Below the pieces are notes generated by a model. It was not told the DNA's origin. It worked only from the letters and a program-made list of their open reading frames with translations, and did not search any database. Positions 9,963-20,177 of a stretch of DNA of 64,000 nt are shown piece by piece (the first letter of the stretch is position 1; each line of letters starts with the position of its first letter). This stretch comes from Methanomassiliicoccaceae archaeon (lineage in GTDB: Archaea > Thermoplasmatota > Thermoplasmata > Methanomassiliicoccales > Methanomassiliicoccaceae): the NCBI GenBank assembly GCA_040776945.1, contig JAXGZN010000002.1, forward strand, positions 995,393 to 1,059,392, written 5' to 3'. Both the position numbers and the translations under genes were made by a program.

Positions 9963-11720
9963 GTGCTTCCATTTAAGTCGAGAGCCGGCCTCGCTCTTAT
10001 CCTGACGGCAATGATCGTCATGACCATGTTCCCGGCCGTTGCGTCAGCAGATGCCGCTGCGGGCTCCAAGGTCTTCTTCGAGGAGGGAGGGGAGGAGGCG
10101 ACGTACGAGGATTGGAACAACCGATGGCCGATGCGTTATGATTCCAATGATGACAGCAGTCATGATTGGTGGTGCCGGCAAATGCATGAGGTACATTCCG
10201 GGCAGCGCTCCATATACTGCGCCAGGAACGGATACAACTCCCATTACCTCGATCGCTCTGGAGGCCAGCCTTGGAACGTTAACCTGACCGCCTTACCGGA
10301 GAGCGTGCCGCAGACGAACTACGTGCTCAGGTATGATACTGATATGGACTCGATAATGCGAAAGGAGATCGTCGGCGCCAGATACTACAACAAGGTCACT
10401 ATGACCTTCTGGTTCTATTCCGATACCGGCGTTTCCGATGCCAAGCAGCCGGGGTCCGGAGTGACCGTGGGCTATGACTTTCTGAACGCTATCTACTATA
10501 CTGGGATGAGTGACAGCATAGTGAAGCACGTGCTGTGGACCGATAGTTTCGAAGAGGCGACCGCGAGGACTTGGAAGCAGGTCGTTCTTGACGTTCCGAA
10601 CACCGCCACCTGGGTCGGTTTCGAGTTCGTCTCCGGGACGATCGCCCCGGAGGGCGGCGATGCTGACAACGCGTTTGCCGCTCAGGGCATTCGAGTCGTC
10701 AATGGAGGAATGAAAAAAGGGGTGTTCATCGATGACATCAAGGTAGTGGGCACGGACCCCGCTCCCGATGCACCGCTCGTCACCTCGGTGGCGTCCCTTC
10801 CTCCCTATAGGACCAACAGGTCCTTCCCGGTGAGCATCGAGGACAACGCCCCCCAGGTCGGCCTGAAATACGTGCATCTTTACTATCGCATGAGGGGAGA
10901 GGTGAACTGGACCAAATATAGCACGGCCGCGAACCCCGGAGGCACGTTCTCCGTCCTGCCGATCACCTTCACGGCCGAGAAGGACGGGACATACGAGTTC
11001 TTCTCCGTTGGCGTGGATCAGAAGGACGTTGTCGAGGAAAGGCGCGATTCCGCCGACACGTCCACGGTCGTCGACACCGAAGTGCCGGCATCGATCGTGT
11101 TGGCCGCCGGCGAGGCGGTTTCCGATGGAGCCTACAACGGAACCGCGCACATCACCATCAACGCCTCGGACGCGCTCTCTGGCGTTGACAAGGTGTTCTA
11201 CCGCGTCGACGGTGGGCCCTGGACCGAATATTCCTCCGGCTTCGGCCTTGTCACCGAGGGCGACCACCTGATCGAGCACTACGCAATCGACCTGGCGGGG
11301 AACGCCGAGGAGGCGAGAAGCTACGCCATCTCGATCGTCAACGGGACGTATAGGATAGCGTTCTCGGGCGGCAGCGCCTTCTCCACCGGGGACGTCACCA
11401 TCAGCTTCTACGTCGTGACCGACTCCGCCGTCACCAGCCTCGGGTACTCCCTGGACGGAGGTCCCTTCGCCTACCTGGACCCGGGATCAAGATCGCTCTC
11501 GCTGAGCGGGCTTAGCGACGGCGCGCATCAGGTCACGATAAGGGCCCTGGACGCCGGCGGCAACGTCATCCAGGGTAGGATGGACCTCACGGTGGGGGGC
11601 GCGGGCACCGGTGGGCTGATCGGCGATCTGGTCAAGCAGCCTCTGCTGGTCATCATCGCCATTGTGGCGGTCGCGGGCGTGGGGGCCACAGCCCTGTTCA
11701 CCCGGAGGAGAAAGGGCTGA
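9963..11720 (+). CDS. Membrane-anchored cell-surface protein with Ig-like repeats
   Basis: N-terminal signal-like hydrophobic stretch; SGVDKVFYRVDG...IEHYAIDLAGNAE Ig-like motif; C-terminal TM followed by RRRKG. Confidence 0.8.
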   Translation: MLPFKSRAGLALILTAMIVMTMFPAVASADAAAGSKVFFEEGGEEATYEDWNNRWPMRYDSNDDSSHDWWCRQMHEVHSGQRSIYCARNGYNSHYLDRSGGQPWNVNLTALPESVPQTNYVLRYDTDMDSIMRKEIVGARYYNKVTMTFWFYSDTGVSDAKQPGSGVTVGYDFLNAIYYTGMSDSIVKHVLWTDSFEEATARTWKQVVLDVPNTATWVGFEFVSGTIAPEGGDADNAFAAQGIRVVNGGMKKGVFIDDIKVVGTDPAPDAPLVTSVASLPPYRTNRSFPVSIEDNAPQVGLKYVHLYYRMRGEVNWTKYSTAANPGGTFSVLPITFTAEKDGTYEFFSVGVDQKDVVEERRDSADTSTVVDTEVPASIVLAAGEAVSDGAYNGTAHITINASDALSGVDKVFYRVDGGPWTEYSSGFGLVTEGDHLIEHYAIDLAGNAEEARSYAISIVNGTYRIAFSGGSAFSTGDVTISFYVVTDSAVTSLGYSLDGGPFAYLDPGSRSLSLSGLSDGAHQVTIRALDAGGNVIQGRMDLTVGGAGTGGLIGDLVKQPLLVIIAIVAVAGVGATALFTRRRKG

Positions 11721-11829
11721 GATGGGGCACGCGCTTCCTTCTTGACGGCAACGGTCTCCACTGGGCGGACAGAAGCCCAGCGCTGCCCGGGATCGGCCTG
11801 GAACGGCCCGTCGCGCCCATTCCTCCGCA

Positions 11830-11881
11830 TGACCGGCGCGTTCGTCAAGACCATCGGGTGAGCCCGTGACCGGCGCGTTCG
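11830..11881. repeat. 15-bp direct repeat, two copies, upstream of ATPase gene
   Basis: tgaccggcgcgttcg at 11830-11844 and 11867-11881. Confidence 0.8.
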
Positions 11882-11987
11882 GACCCGTTGGCCGACTTTT
11901 CAAATACGCCTCGGGCCGGCACGATTCCCGGCGGGAGAACAGTCTTAACCGCTCATGTGTTTACATATACTCCGAAGGAGAGCGACA

Positions 11988-14372
11988 ATGCAGGATTTTG
12001 AGAAGCTTGGTGTGTTCTATCTCGGCCGGAACTACGACCTAGCGAGCAGGTCGTTGAAGGACGAGCTCCTCCTCTATGAGTCAAAGGACCTGTTGACCCA
12101 CGCAGTGTGCGTGGGCATGACAGGCAGCGGGAAGACCGGCCTGTGCATATCCCTATTGGAGGAGGCCGCGATCGACGGGATCCCGGCGATCATAATCGAT
12201 CCAAAGGGCGACATGACCAACCTAATGCTCACCTTCCCTGATCTGCGGAAGGAGGATTTCCTGCCCTGGGTAAATGCAGAGGATGCTCAAAAGAAGGGCC
12301 TGTCAATAGAGGACTACGCAGCCAAGCAGGCTGAGAACTGGAGGAACGGTCTCGCCACCTGGGGGGAGGACGGAGCGAGGATCGCACGGCTCCGCCGGGC
12401 CTGTGATATCATGATCTACACCCCGGGAAGCAATGCCGGCATGCCGGTGTCCGTGCTCCGCTCCTTCGATCCGCCCCCGGCGGAGGCCGCCGCTGACGAA
12501 GAGCTGCTGCACGAGAGGGTGAACACCACCGTCACCAGCCTCCTGGGGCTCATCGGCGTCGATGGCGACCCGGTGCGCTCAAGAGAGCATATATTGATAT
12601 CGACGATACTTGCGGACTCGTGGAGGAAGAACGAACCGCTTGACCTGGCATCGCTCATCCGGGGGATCCAGAGCCCTCCGGTGAAGCAGGTCGGGGTGCT
12701 GGAGATGGAGACGTTCTACCCCTCCAAGGAGAGGTTCGAGCTGGCCATGCGCCTGAACAACCTCCTGGCGGCGCCAGGGTTCCGTTTGTGGATGGAGGGC
12801 GAGCCCATGGACGTCCGGAGCTTCCTGTACACTCCGGCCGGAAAGCCGAAGCTGTCCATCTTCTCCATCGCCCACCTGGACGACGCGCAGCGCATGTTCT
12901 TCGTGTCCATGCTTCTGAACCACGTGGTGGGATGGATGCGCACGCAGTCCGGGACCATCAGTTTGAGGGCCATCATGTACATCGACGAGGTGTTCGGATA
13001 CCTGCCGCCGGTGGCCAACCCGCCGTCCAAGCTGCCTTTGCTGACCTTGATGAAGCAGGCGAGGGCCTTCGGCCTCGGCGTGACCCTGGTCACCCAGAAC
13101 CCTGTGGACCTAGACTACAAGGGACTGTCGAACACCGGCACCTGGTTCATCGGGCGCCTGCAGACCGATCGCGACAAGATGCGCATCCTGGACGCGCTCG
13201 AGGGGGCCTCGGCCGGCTCCGGCAAAAGGTTCGACAGGGCCCAGATGGACCAGCTAATAGCCGGGCTGGGAAGCCGGGTGTTCCTGATGCACAACGTGAA
13301 CGATGACGCACCTACCGTGTTCCACTCCCGGTGGGCGATGTCCTATCTAAGAGGGCCGCTTACGCGGGAGCAGATCAAGGTGCTGATGGACCCGTTGAAG
13401 AAGGCGGCAAGCGCGGACGCCATACAAGGAGTTCCGGTGCGGACGGCCCCCGCTCCGTCCTCGACCCCATCGTCCCCCCAAAGGCCGGTGCTTCCATCCG
13501 AGATACCTCAATACTTCTTGCCACCCGCGGACCGATCGCGGCCTCCGGCGACCTATCGCCCTATGGTCCTGGGCGTCTCCCAGGTCCGCTTCGTCGATGC
13601 CAAGAAAAAGATCGACGAGATCAGGGAGCTAAGCTTCCTGGCACCCTTGGTCGACGGCCCGATAGCCTTGGACTGGAACCAAGCAAAGTGGGCCAATCTG
13701 CCCATCTCCGATCTATCCAGCGAACCTATCGACGGGGTCGGCTTCTCTGGTCTGCCGGCCGCTGCGACCAAGCCGAAGAGCTATGCTGCATGGGAGAAGG
13801 AGTTTGAGACCTGGCTTGCTAGCACGCAGTCGCTCGATCTGATGTTCAGCCCTAGCTTGGCCCAGTTCTCAAGACCCGGCGAGAAGGAACCTGAATTCAG
13901 GATACGTATGCAGCTGGCCTCCCGCGAGCTCACGGACGAGAGCATGGAGAAGCTGAAGAAGAAGTACGCTCCCAAGTACGCGACATTGGACGAACGCATA
14001 CGAAAGGCGGAGATCACCAGGGAGAGGGAGAAAGACCAGGCCAAGCGTCAGAAGTACCAGTCCGCGGCATCGATCGGCTCGTCCATCCTTGGAGCAATGG
14101 CCGGCAGGAAGTCCGGCTCGATGGTCAGCAAGACCGCCAGGGAGCTTAGCCGATCTGAAAAAGAGAAACAGGACGTGAGGTTCGCCGAGGAGAACCTGGA
14201 AGCGCTGATCGACAGGAGGAAGAAACTGGACGAGGAGTTCCAGGCCGAGATGAGGGGCGCCGCGGCGAAGGCCGACCCCCTGACCGAGAAGCTGGAGACG
14301 GTGTCCGTAAAGCCGACCAAGACCAACATCGCCACCAAGCTGGTGGCCTTGGTGTGGGCCGCGGAACCGTGA
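11988..14372 (+). CDS. HerA/FtsK-superfamily (DUF87/DUF853-like) ATPase with C-terminal coiled coil
   Basis: Walker A GMTGSGKT, IDPKGD, Walker B MYIDEVFG, TQNPVDLDYK; AAGGAG before ATG 11988. Confidence 0.82.
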   Translation: MQDFEKLGVFYLGRNYDLASRSLKDELLLYESKDLLTHAVCVGMTGSGKTGLCISLLEEAAIDGIPAIIIDPKGDMTNLMLTFPDLRKEDFLPWVNAEDAQKKGLSIEDYAAKQAENWRNGLATWGEDGARIARLRRACDIMIYTPGSNAGMPVSVLRSFDPPPAEAAADEELLHERVNTTVTSLLGLIGVDGDPVRSREHILISTILADSWRKNEPLDLASLIRGIQSPPVKQVGVLEMETFYPSKERFELAMRLNNLLAAPGFRLWMEGEPMDVRSFLYTPAGKPKLSIFSIAHLDDAQRMFFVSMLLNHVVGWMRTQSGTISLRAIMYIDEVFGYLPPVANPPSKLPLLTLMKQARAFGLGVTLVTQNPVDLDYKGLSNTGTWFIGRLQTDRDKMRILDALEGASAGSGKRFDRAQMDQLIAGLGSRVFLMHNVNDDAPTVFHSRWAMSYLRGPLTREQIKVLMDPLKKAASADAIQGVPVRTAPAPSSTPSSPQRPVLPSEIPQYFLPPADRSRPPATYRPMVLGVSQVRFVDAKKKIDEIRELSFLAPLVDGPIALDWNQAKWANLPISDLSSEPIDGVGFSGLPAAATKPKSYAAWEKEFETWLASTQSLDLMFSPSLAQFSRPGEKEPEFRIRMQLASRELTDESMEKLKKKYAPKYATLDERIRKAEITREREKDQAKRQKYQSAASIGSSILGAMAGRKSGSMVSKTARELSRSEKEKQDVRFAEENLEALIDRRKKLDEEFQAEMRGAAAKADPLTEKLETVSVKPTKTNIATKLVALVWAAEP

Positions 14373-14498
14373 ACGGAGGGACATTAGAGCCTGGAGGACC
14401 GAGCAGCCGTCATTGTGCGGATAAGGGCCCATCCATGAGCGACCAGGCACGGATATGGCGGCGCTTCGCGGGACGATGCACCCTTTCGTAAGGAGACC

Positions 14499-14774
14499 CT
14501 ATCGGCCGATGCTCGCGAATGCTGCCAAGAAAATGGCACCCATGACGACCAACAGAACGATGGCGACTATGAGCAGGACCAGGGGGACCGACAGGCCCTC
14601 CTCCCTTTCCTGCCAAGGAGTAGGAGGAAAGTATGCGGTATTGCCGCTTGGCGGCGGAAGGAACTCTCCGCAATTGAGGCAGTAGCTTACGACCGGTGAG
14701 TTCAACGCTCCGCATCTCGGGCACCCTCGGAGCGGTGTTGGACCGGACGGCCCTCGGCCTATCGCTGCAGACAT
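14499..14774 (-). CDS. Zinc-ribbon membrane protein
   Basis: CPRCG...CLNCG, Pro-rich linker, C-terminal TM helix. Confidence 0.75.
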   Translation of the reverse strand: MSAAIGRGPSGPTPLRGCPRCGALNSPVVSYCLNCGEFLPPPSGNTAYFPPTPWQEREEGLSVPLVLLIVAIVLLVVMGAIFLAAFASIGR

Positions 14775-15019
14775 GTAACCCTCGATACGAGCTCTATCTG
14801 TTCAATGCATCTCAAGACCCATTTATATTTCACTGTCCTGCCATCTATGGCCGCATCCACTATAATTCGTGGCGATCCTTCTGAGATGGGGTTGTTCGGG
14901 ATCGACAACGAGCACCGGTCCTGGGGCCGGTGCCGACCGCCGCCGATAATGCTTCCTTCCCTCAATTGACGCATGAGGCCACCGTTCAGGAACGGCCTTG
15001 TTCGATGGGCCGGTCGATC

Positions 15020-15703
15020 TCACCATCCGAACAGGAAGACCAGGTTGAACAGGCTGAAGCACAGGGTGGCGAGGAACAGCGATGCGACCCACCGGCGGCG
15101 GTTCAGCTGACCGGCATAAGCGGCGCCAAGAATGGCGAAGAAGGTCGTGGCGATCAAGCGGGAAACGTATAGAGCCAGATGCTGGTCCTGGAAGATGAGG
15201 AACGGTGCGACGAGCGGGAGCACCAGCAGAACATCGATGCCCAGTATGCCCATGGCGTAGCGCCGGTCAATGCGATTTGGAACATAGCGCTTGGAGCATG
15301 GGTCACCCTCGATCGGCCGTGCGGAAGCGATCATGTCAAGGACCTTCTCCCGGTCCGAGCTATCAAGCACGGACGTGATGCCTCCCAACAGCACCCTGTC
15401 CCCCTCTCTCCTGGCCTCAGCATCACCTTTTTTCTGCAGGGAGTAGATGATCTTTTCGCTCCGCGCTCTCTCGATGATCCCGGAATACATAGCACTAAGC
15501 CCGTCTATGAGCCCCCATGTCATGTTGACGAGGAACGCTATGAGAACGACGTGTACAAGTTCTCCGCCTTCAAAGCCAGTCCCTCCCAGTATGCCCAGAG
15601 ATACGACGACCATCCACACCGCGTAAAACATTTCGCCTAAGACGTCGCCGAGCGGCAAGTAGGCGGCGTAGAACCCTCTCAATCGTGTGATGGCCGGAAA
15701 CAT
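15020..15703 (-). CDS. Membrane protein, possibly VIT1/CCC1-like
   Basis: 2+3 TM arrangement with a soluble loop; NMTWGLIDG motif. Confidence 0.55.
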   Translation of the reverse strand: MFPAITRLRGFYAAYLPLGDVLGEMFYAVWMVVVSLGILGGTGFEGGELVHVVLIAFLVNMTWGLIDGLSAMYSGIIERARSEKIIYSLQKKGDAEARREGDRVLLGGITSVLDSSDREKVLDMIASARPIEGDPCSKRYVPNRIDRRYAMGILGIDVLLVLPLVAPFLIFQDQHLALYVSRLIATTFFAILGAAYAGQLNRRRWVASLFLATLCFSLFNLVFLFGW

Positions 15704-15991
15704 GGACAGCGCACCACTACCGCCGGAAGAGCATTATTAGCTTATTCATTGCTGACTTGGGCCCAACGTCAAAGCCCTTCGCCTTGATGCGGTCGCGACT
15801 GGAAGCGTTCCTTTACTCGAGATCTCATGATTATCAGATCCGGTCGTTCACACCGACATTACAGATCTCCCCTTCGGTCGAGCGGTCCTACCCAATCATA
15901 TCGGCGTGGATTATAGTCATCGATAATAACAGGATATCAGAACAGATTCTATCATATTGATTTTTAAATAGGTTTCGTAGATAATTTGAGC

Positions 15992-16390
15992 ATGATCATG
16001 AACATTGTCGTTGGGAACGATGGCCGGACCCATTCTGAGAAGGCGGCCGAGTATGCCTTCGCCTATGCCAAAGCATTCCAGGCCAATCTGTTCATGCTCT
16101 ATATAGTCAATCCCAAGACGCAAGAGGACAAAGAGAAGAGCATCAAGAACGGCATGAGGGTGCTAGGGCGCGCCAAGATCATCGCGTCCGACCTGGGCGT
16201 GCCGCTGGCGACCCTCCTGGAGGCGGGAGAGGCCCACGAGACCTTGCTCCTGGCGGCCGACAAGTTGAAGGCCAGCGCGCTGATAATTGGATCCTCTGGA
16301 GAGAAGGCGGGTATGTCCAAGCTGCTTGCAACCAGCACAACGGACAACATAATGAAGAACTCACCATGCACCGTGGTCGTGGTCAAATGA
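15992..16390 (+). CDS. Universal stress protein
   Basis: IVVGNDG...SEKAAEYA, LIIGSSG, C-terminal SPCTVVVVK; exact start uncertain. Confidence 0.88.
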   Translation: MIMNIVVGNDGRTHSEKAAEYAFAYAKAFQANLFMLYIVNPKTQEDKEKSIKNGMRVLGRAKIIASDLGVPLATLLEAGEAHETLLLAADKLKASALIIGSSGEKAGMSKLLATSTTDNIMKNSPCTVVVVK

Positions 16391-16740
16391 GGAATACCCA
16401 CACCAACACCCCACAGGATATGATTATAATATTTTGAGGCTCACATAAAACATGATCGATGAGCTGAGGTGCTTGCTCCACAAAATGGATATTGTTCTCT
16501 TTATTGCGATCATTGGCAACTTGGCTAACCTTGTGGTCACGGTTATTTAGGCTGTCGAATGGGATCGGCCAGATTAAAAGTATGGCATATCTATGGATTT
16601 GGACCATTGAGATCGTAGCTATGGTCGGGGACCGGGGGCCTTTCCGGTCCCAAAATGTCTCATGATCTGCATGAGGCCGCCGATCGGTAGCAAGGAACAT
16701 AGCCTCTTGAGGCATCATTGCTTCTCTACTATTATAACAA

Positions 16741-16823
16741 ATAATGATATTACTATTCTAATATTATTATAATTATATAGTCTATGAATCAAGAATGATT
16801 CTTGCCATTCATTGATTTATATA
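16741..16823 (+). promoter_or_regulatory. AT-rich archaellin promoter region with 12-bp inverted repeat and TATA box
   Basis: ataatgatatta-N6-taatattattat (1 mismatch) at 16741-16770; TTTATATA at 16816-16823. Confidence 0.5.
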
Positions 16824-16944
16824 TCATCTTACTGGTGCAAAGTCGCTTGAGATGCCAGGAACAGCAGATGTGGCTTGCCCTGACGTCAAAGCATGAGTTC
16901 CTGCCGAGGTACTCAAGCAGGAACAATAATGGAGGAACAAAGAA

Positions 16945-17574
16945 ATGATGAGCAAGAAATTTGCGAAGATGTCCAGGGACAGGCGCGCCGAGATGGGCGT
17001 GGGGACGATGATCATATTCATCGCCATGGTCCTTGTGGCCGCCGTCGCCGCGTCCGTCCTGATCAGCACCGCCAATACGGTGCGCGAGCAGGCTACCCAG
17101 ACCGGCAACGATGCGATCACCGGTGTTGCGTCTGGATTTGACATAAAGTATGTGAAGGGAACCGTTTCAGGTAACAAGATCACTTCGATGGATGTCTATG
17201 TCCAGCTGCAGGCTGGCAGCCCTGCCCTGGTCCTGGATGACGTGATCCTGTCCGTCACCGCTGGAGGTAGCAGCGGTGAGCTTGTCTATGCCGGGTTTGG
17301 TGAAGACGCTGATAAGGCTGCGACTAACGAGCCGGACCTTTATTCCGCTGTCCTGGTTCCCCCCCAAGACGGGACCAGCAACTTTGGCCTTTATGGGACC
17401 ATCGCCCAGGGCGACCTTGTGAAGATCACCTTCAACGCTGTCGGGAACTCCGAGATGGAGGTCGTCCCCGGTGACTCGGTGTCCATAAAGATCATGCCGG
17501 CCAAGGGCGCGACGACCACCGTTTCGTTCACCGTCCCGTCCGTTCTGTATGATGGCACCGTGAACCTCCGGTAA
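16945..17574 (+). CDS. arlB: Archaellin
   Basis: Class III signal ...RDRRA/EMGVGTMIIFIAMVLVAAVAASVLI; GDLVKI and IMPAKG in the C-terminal part. Confidence 0.95.
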   Translation: MMSKKFAKMSRDRRAEMGVGTMIIFIAMVLVAAVAASVLISTANTVREQATQTGNDAITGVASGFDIKYVKGTVSGNKITSMDVYVQLQAGSPALVLDDVILSVTAGGSSGELVYAGFGEDADKAATNEPDLYSAVLVPPQDGTSNFGLYGTIAQGDLVKITFNAVGNSEMEVVPGDSVSIKIMPAKGATTTVSFTVPSVLYDGTVNLR

Positions 17575-17657
17575 ACCTCTTAATCTAAACACTTGAAGGA
17601 GGGAAACTACGAATGAGAAGAATTCGCGCGTCCCTCCTTGCACCTATTTTTTCTACG

Positions 17658-18548
17658 ATGGCGGTCCTGTCGTTCAAAAAGAAGGGCAAGGAGGAGACTA
17701 TCGGGACAGGGACCTCATCGCTGAGCGGCCTTGAGCTCAGCGGGGACACCGTGTCACTGGGGAGCCTCGGCGGCGGCCTCGGCACGCTGAGCAAGCTCAG
17801 CGAGATCGGCCAGAGCTCTGGCGAACTGAGCGACGGCCTTCTGGCCGACGCGGCGCCGAGGAGCGACAAGAAGCTCCAGGAAGTGGAGGCGAACGTCAAC
17901 GACCTCAAGAGCCACGTGGAGTCGACCGACCTGACCACGAGGGCTATGAAGGGAGAGATGGAATCGATCAAGAGCGATCTTTCGCAGATCAACGATTCCA
18001 TAAGGACGCTGCTGAACGTGTACGAGGCGGTAAGCCGACAGTACAATCCCTTCGTCGATGGTGAGCCTGAGCAGGCAGTGCCAGCGAGACCGCAGGCCAA
18101 GGCCGAGGTCACCATGTGCCTGAAGGACCTCGCCCCGGAGCAGCCTGCGATCAAGACGGAAGTTCCGACGATCAAGGTCGAGAGCGCGGCCAAGGAGCAC
18201 AAGGTGGTCACCCCCTTCGACGACGACGGGCCGCTGGACCGCATAGTCCGGCCGGAAGAGGACGAGGTGCTCGCGATCAACAAGGAGGCATCGGCGATGA
18301 GCGCGTTGGAACCAGCAACTGAATCTCATATGTTCAATGACATGAAGCCGAAGATGGTGAGAGCGGTGCCCGCGGCGAGGACGTCGCCCCTGGTGGACGT
18401 GTACGAGCTTGACCACATCCGCAGGCTGGTCGATCACCTCATGGGCAAGATATGCATGGAGAGGTCGAACGGAAACGAGATAATGGAGTCGGACATAAGG
18501 GCCCTGGACCTGTGGATGAGCGAGTTCATGCGCCTGGGAGGCCTCTGA
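17658..18548 (+). CDS. arlC: Archaellum accessory protein ArlC (FlaC-domain switch protein)
   Basis: Coiled coil ending LLNVYEAVSRQYNPFV (FlaC signature); lies between arlB and arlF. Confidence 0.75.
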   Translation: MAVLSFKKKGKEETIGTGTSSLSGLELSGDTVSLGSLGGGLGTLSKLSEIGQSSGELSDGLLADAAPRSDKKLQEVEANVNDLKSHVESTDLTTRAMKGEMESIKSDLSQINDSIRTLLNVYEAVSRQYNPFVDGEPEQAVPARPQAKAEVTMCLKDLAPEQPAIKTEVPTIKVESAAKEHKVVTPFDDDGPLDRIVRPEEDEVLAINKEASAMSALEPATESHMFNDMKPKMVRAVPAARTSPLVDVYELDHIRRLVDHLMGKICMERSNGNEIMESDIRALDLWMSEFMRLGGL

Positions 18549-18961
18549 TGGGGATGAGCGTGTCCATCGCCACCGCCATAATCTTCATCGCATCCCTAAT
18601 CTCGTTCGCCTCCATCATTGGAGCCCTGGACCATGCCCAGGGATCGGTGCTGGAGGCGCAGAAGGCCAGCTCGCAACGGGAAGCGGACGCGATGCGTACC
18701 AGCGTCGCCCTTTCCTTCGTCGACGGGCCGAACGGTACCTTTGGAGTGGTGAACAGCGGCGAGGTCACGCTGACGACCCAGGTGGACGTGCTGATAAACG
18801 GCGCTCTGAGCAATGAAAAGATATCCTCGATGAGCGTCGAGGGGAAGAACGACACCAAGCTGTGGCTGCCGGGCGAGATGCTTATCATAACAATGTCCGA
18901 GGGCGTGAACGGAGCAGCGATCAAGATAGTGACCGCCAACGGCGTGTCGGTATACGGCTGA
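18548..18961 (+). CDS. arlF: Archaellum stator protein ArlF
   Basis: MGMSVSIATAIIF N-terminal TM, NSGEVTL, LWLPGE, IVTANG. Confidence 0.85.
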   Translation: MGMSVSIATAIIFIASLISFASIIGALDHAQGSVLEAQKASSQREADAMRTSVALSFVDGPNGTFGVVNSGEVTLTTQVDVLINGALSNEKISSMSVEGKNDTKLWLPGEMLIITMSEGVNGAAIKIVTANGVSVYG

Positions 18962-18970
18962 GGGAGCCCA

Positions 18971-19411
18971 ATGGCATCGGACGATTCGATAACCCAGATG
19001 ATATTTTTCATTGCGTCGATAATCGTAGCCGTCACCATAGCCGGCACGATCATCGGGATCACCGGACTGATGGCCGACGAGATGAGGGTCAAGTCCGACA
19101 ACGCGGTCTCGGTGATGGGTTCATCGATCACCATAGTGAACGATCCAAGGCACGTCCCCTACGAGAACGGGACCATAACGATTTACATAAAGAACACGGG
19201 GGAACTGCCCCAGAGCTATCGGGACTTGATCATATTCATTGATGGGCAATATATTGAGTTCGAAGCGGACCTTGTAGGACCGGGCGGGGAGAATTGGGTC
19301 ACCGGAAGGGTGATCGAGGTCACCGCCACACTGATGCTTGGAGCGGGAGATCACACGGCAAAGGCCATCCTGGGCAACGGAGTATCGGACACGCTGGACT
19401 TCAGGCTATAG
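18971..19411 (+). CDS. arlG: Archaellum stator protein ArlG
   Basis: SITQMIFFIASIIVA, IVNDP, IYIKNTG, IFIDG. Confidence 0.88.
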   Translation: MASDDSITQMIFFIASIIVAVTIAGTIIGITGLMADEMRVKSDNAVSVMGSSITIVNDPRHVPYENGTITIYIKNTGELPQSYRDLIIFIDGQYIEFEADLVGPGGENWVTGRVIEVTATLMLGAGDHTAKAILGNGVSDTLDFRL

Positions 19412-19454
19412 CCTGCCTAGCCTAGTCGGGACGAGGTTATGGGGTGACAACGGA

Positions 19455-20177
19455 ATGAACAATGGCCCTGCAGATGGCAACAAGGCGCGACAGAATCTGT
19501 TCGACATCCATCTGAAGCAGGACGAGCTGGCCGTTCGCATGGGAGGCGGCCTTCCTCGAGGATCGACGATGCTCATAGAGGGGGCCGAGGGCTCCGGCCG
19601 CAGTGCGTTGTGCCAGCGCATTCTCTACGGTCTGCTGCAGAACGGCCACTCCGCGACCTTCGTTTCGACGGAACTGACGCTCCGAGACTTCATCGACCAG
19701 ATGTACTCCCTGGACTATCGGATCGACAGGAGCCTCATCAATGGGAAGCTGTGCTATTTCCCGGTGTACCCGCTGCTCGGCCGGTCCCGCTCCCGCACAG
19801 ATTTCCTCGAGAAGCTGATGTCCTCCCCCCAGCTTTACAACAATGAAGTGCTGTTCATCGACTCCCTCACGACGCTGACCAAGGATAGCCTAACCGAGGC
19901 GAACTGCATCCGGCTGATGGGCTTCTTCAAGAAGCAGATGAAGCTTGAGAAGACCATCATAATGACCGCGGACGAGAATTGCGAGGCCGCGGACCCCCTG
20001 CGCTCGGCAGTGGACATCTATCTCAGCATCAAGATGAGGGCATCTGGCCAGGAGATGGTTCGAACGGTGCATACGCTGCGATACCAGCGGGCCAAGCGCC
20101 GCGTCGATGATGTGATGAGGATAAGGATAGAGCCGGGCATAGGCCTGGTCATTGAGATCACCGAGGTGTCCGGCTGA
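19455..20177 (+). CDS. arlH: Archaellum ATP-binding protein ArlH (KaiC/RecA fold)
   Basis: MGGGLPRG, variant Walker A GAEGSGRS, STELT...FIDQMYSL, FIDSL, IEPGIGLVIEI; GGGGTGA upstream. Confidence 0.9.
   Translation: MNNGPADGNKARQNLFDIHLKQDELAVRMGGGLPRGSTMLIEGAEGSGRSALCQRILYGLLQNGHSATFVSTELTLRDFIDQMYSLDYRIDRSLINGKLCYFPVYPLLGRSRSRTDFLEKLMSSPQLYNNEVLFIDSLTTLTKDSLTEANCIRLMGFFKKQMKLEKTIIMTADENCEAADPLRSAVDIYLSIKMRASGQEMVRTVHTLRYQRAKRRVDDVMRIRIEPGIGLVIEITEVSG

Noticed and set aside
11830-11881. Repeat-spacer-repeat as a mini CRISPR
   Set aside because: 15-bp repeat, two copies, 22-bp spacer and no cas genes; does not fit CRISPR
19409-19447. arlG TAG read-through into arlH
   Set aside because: A second in-frame TAG and then a TGA follow within 12 codons, and arlH is in another frame
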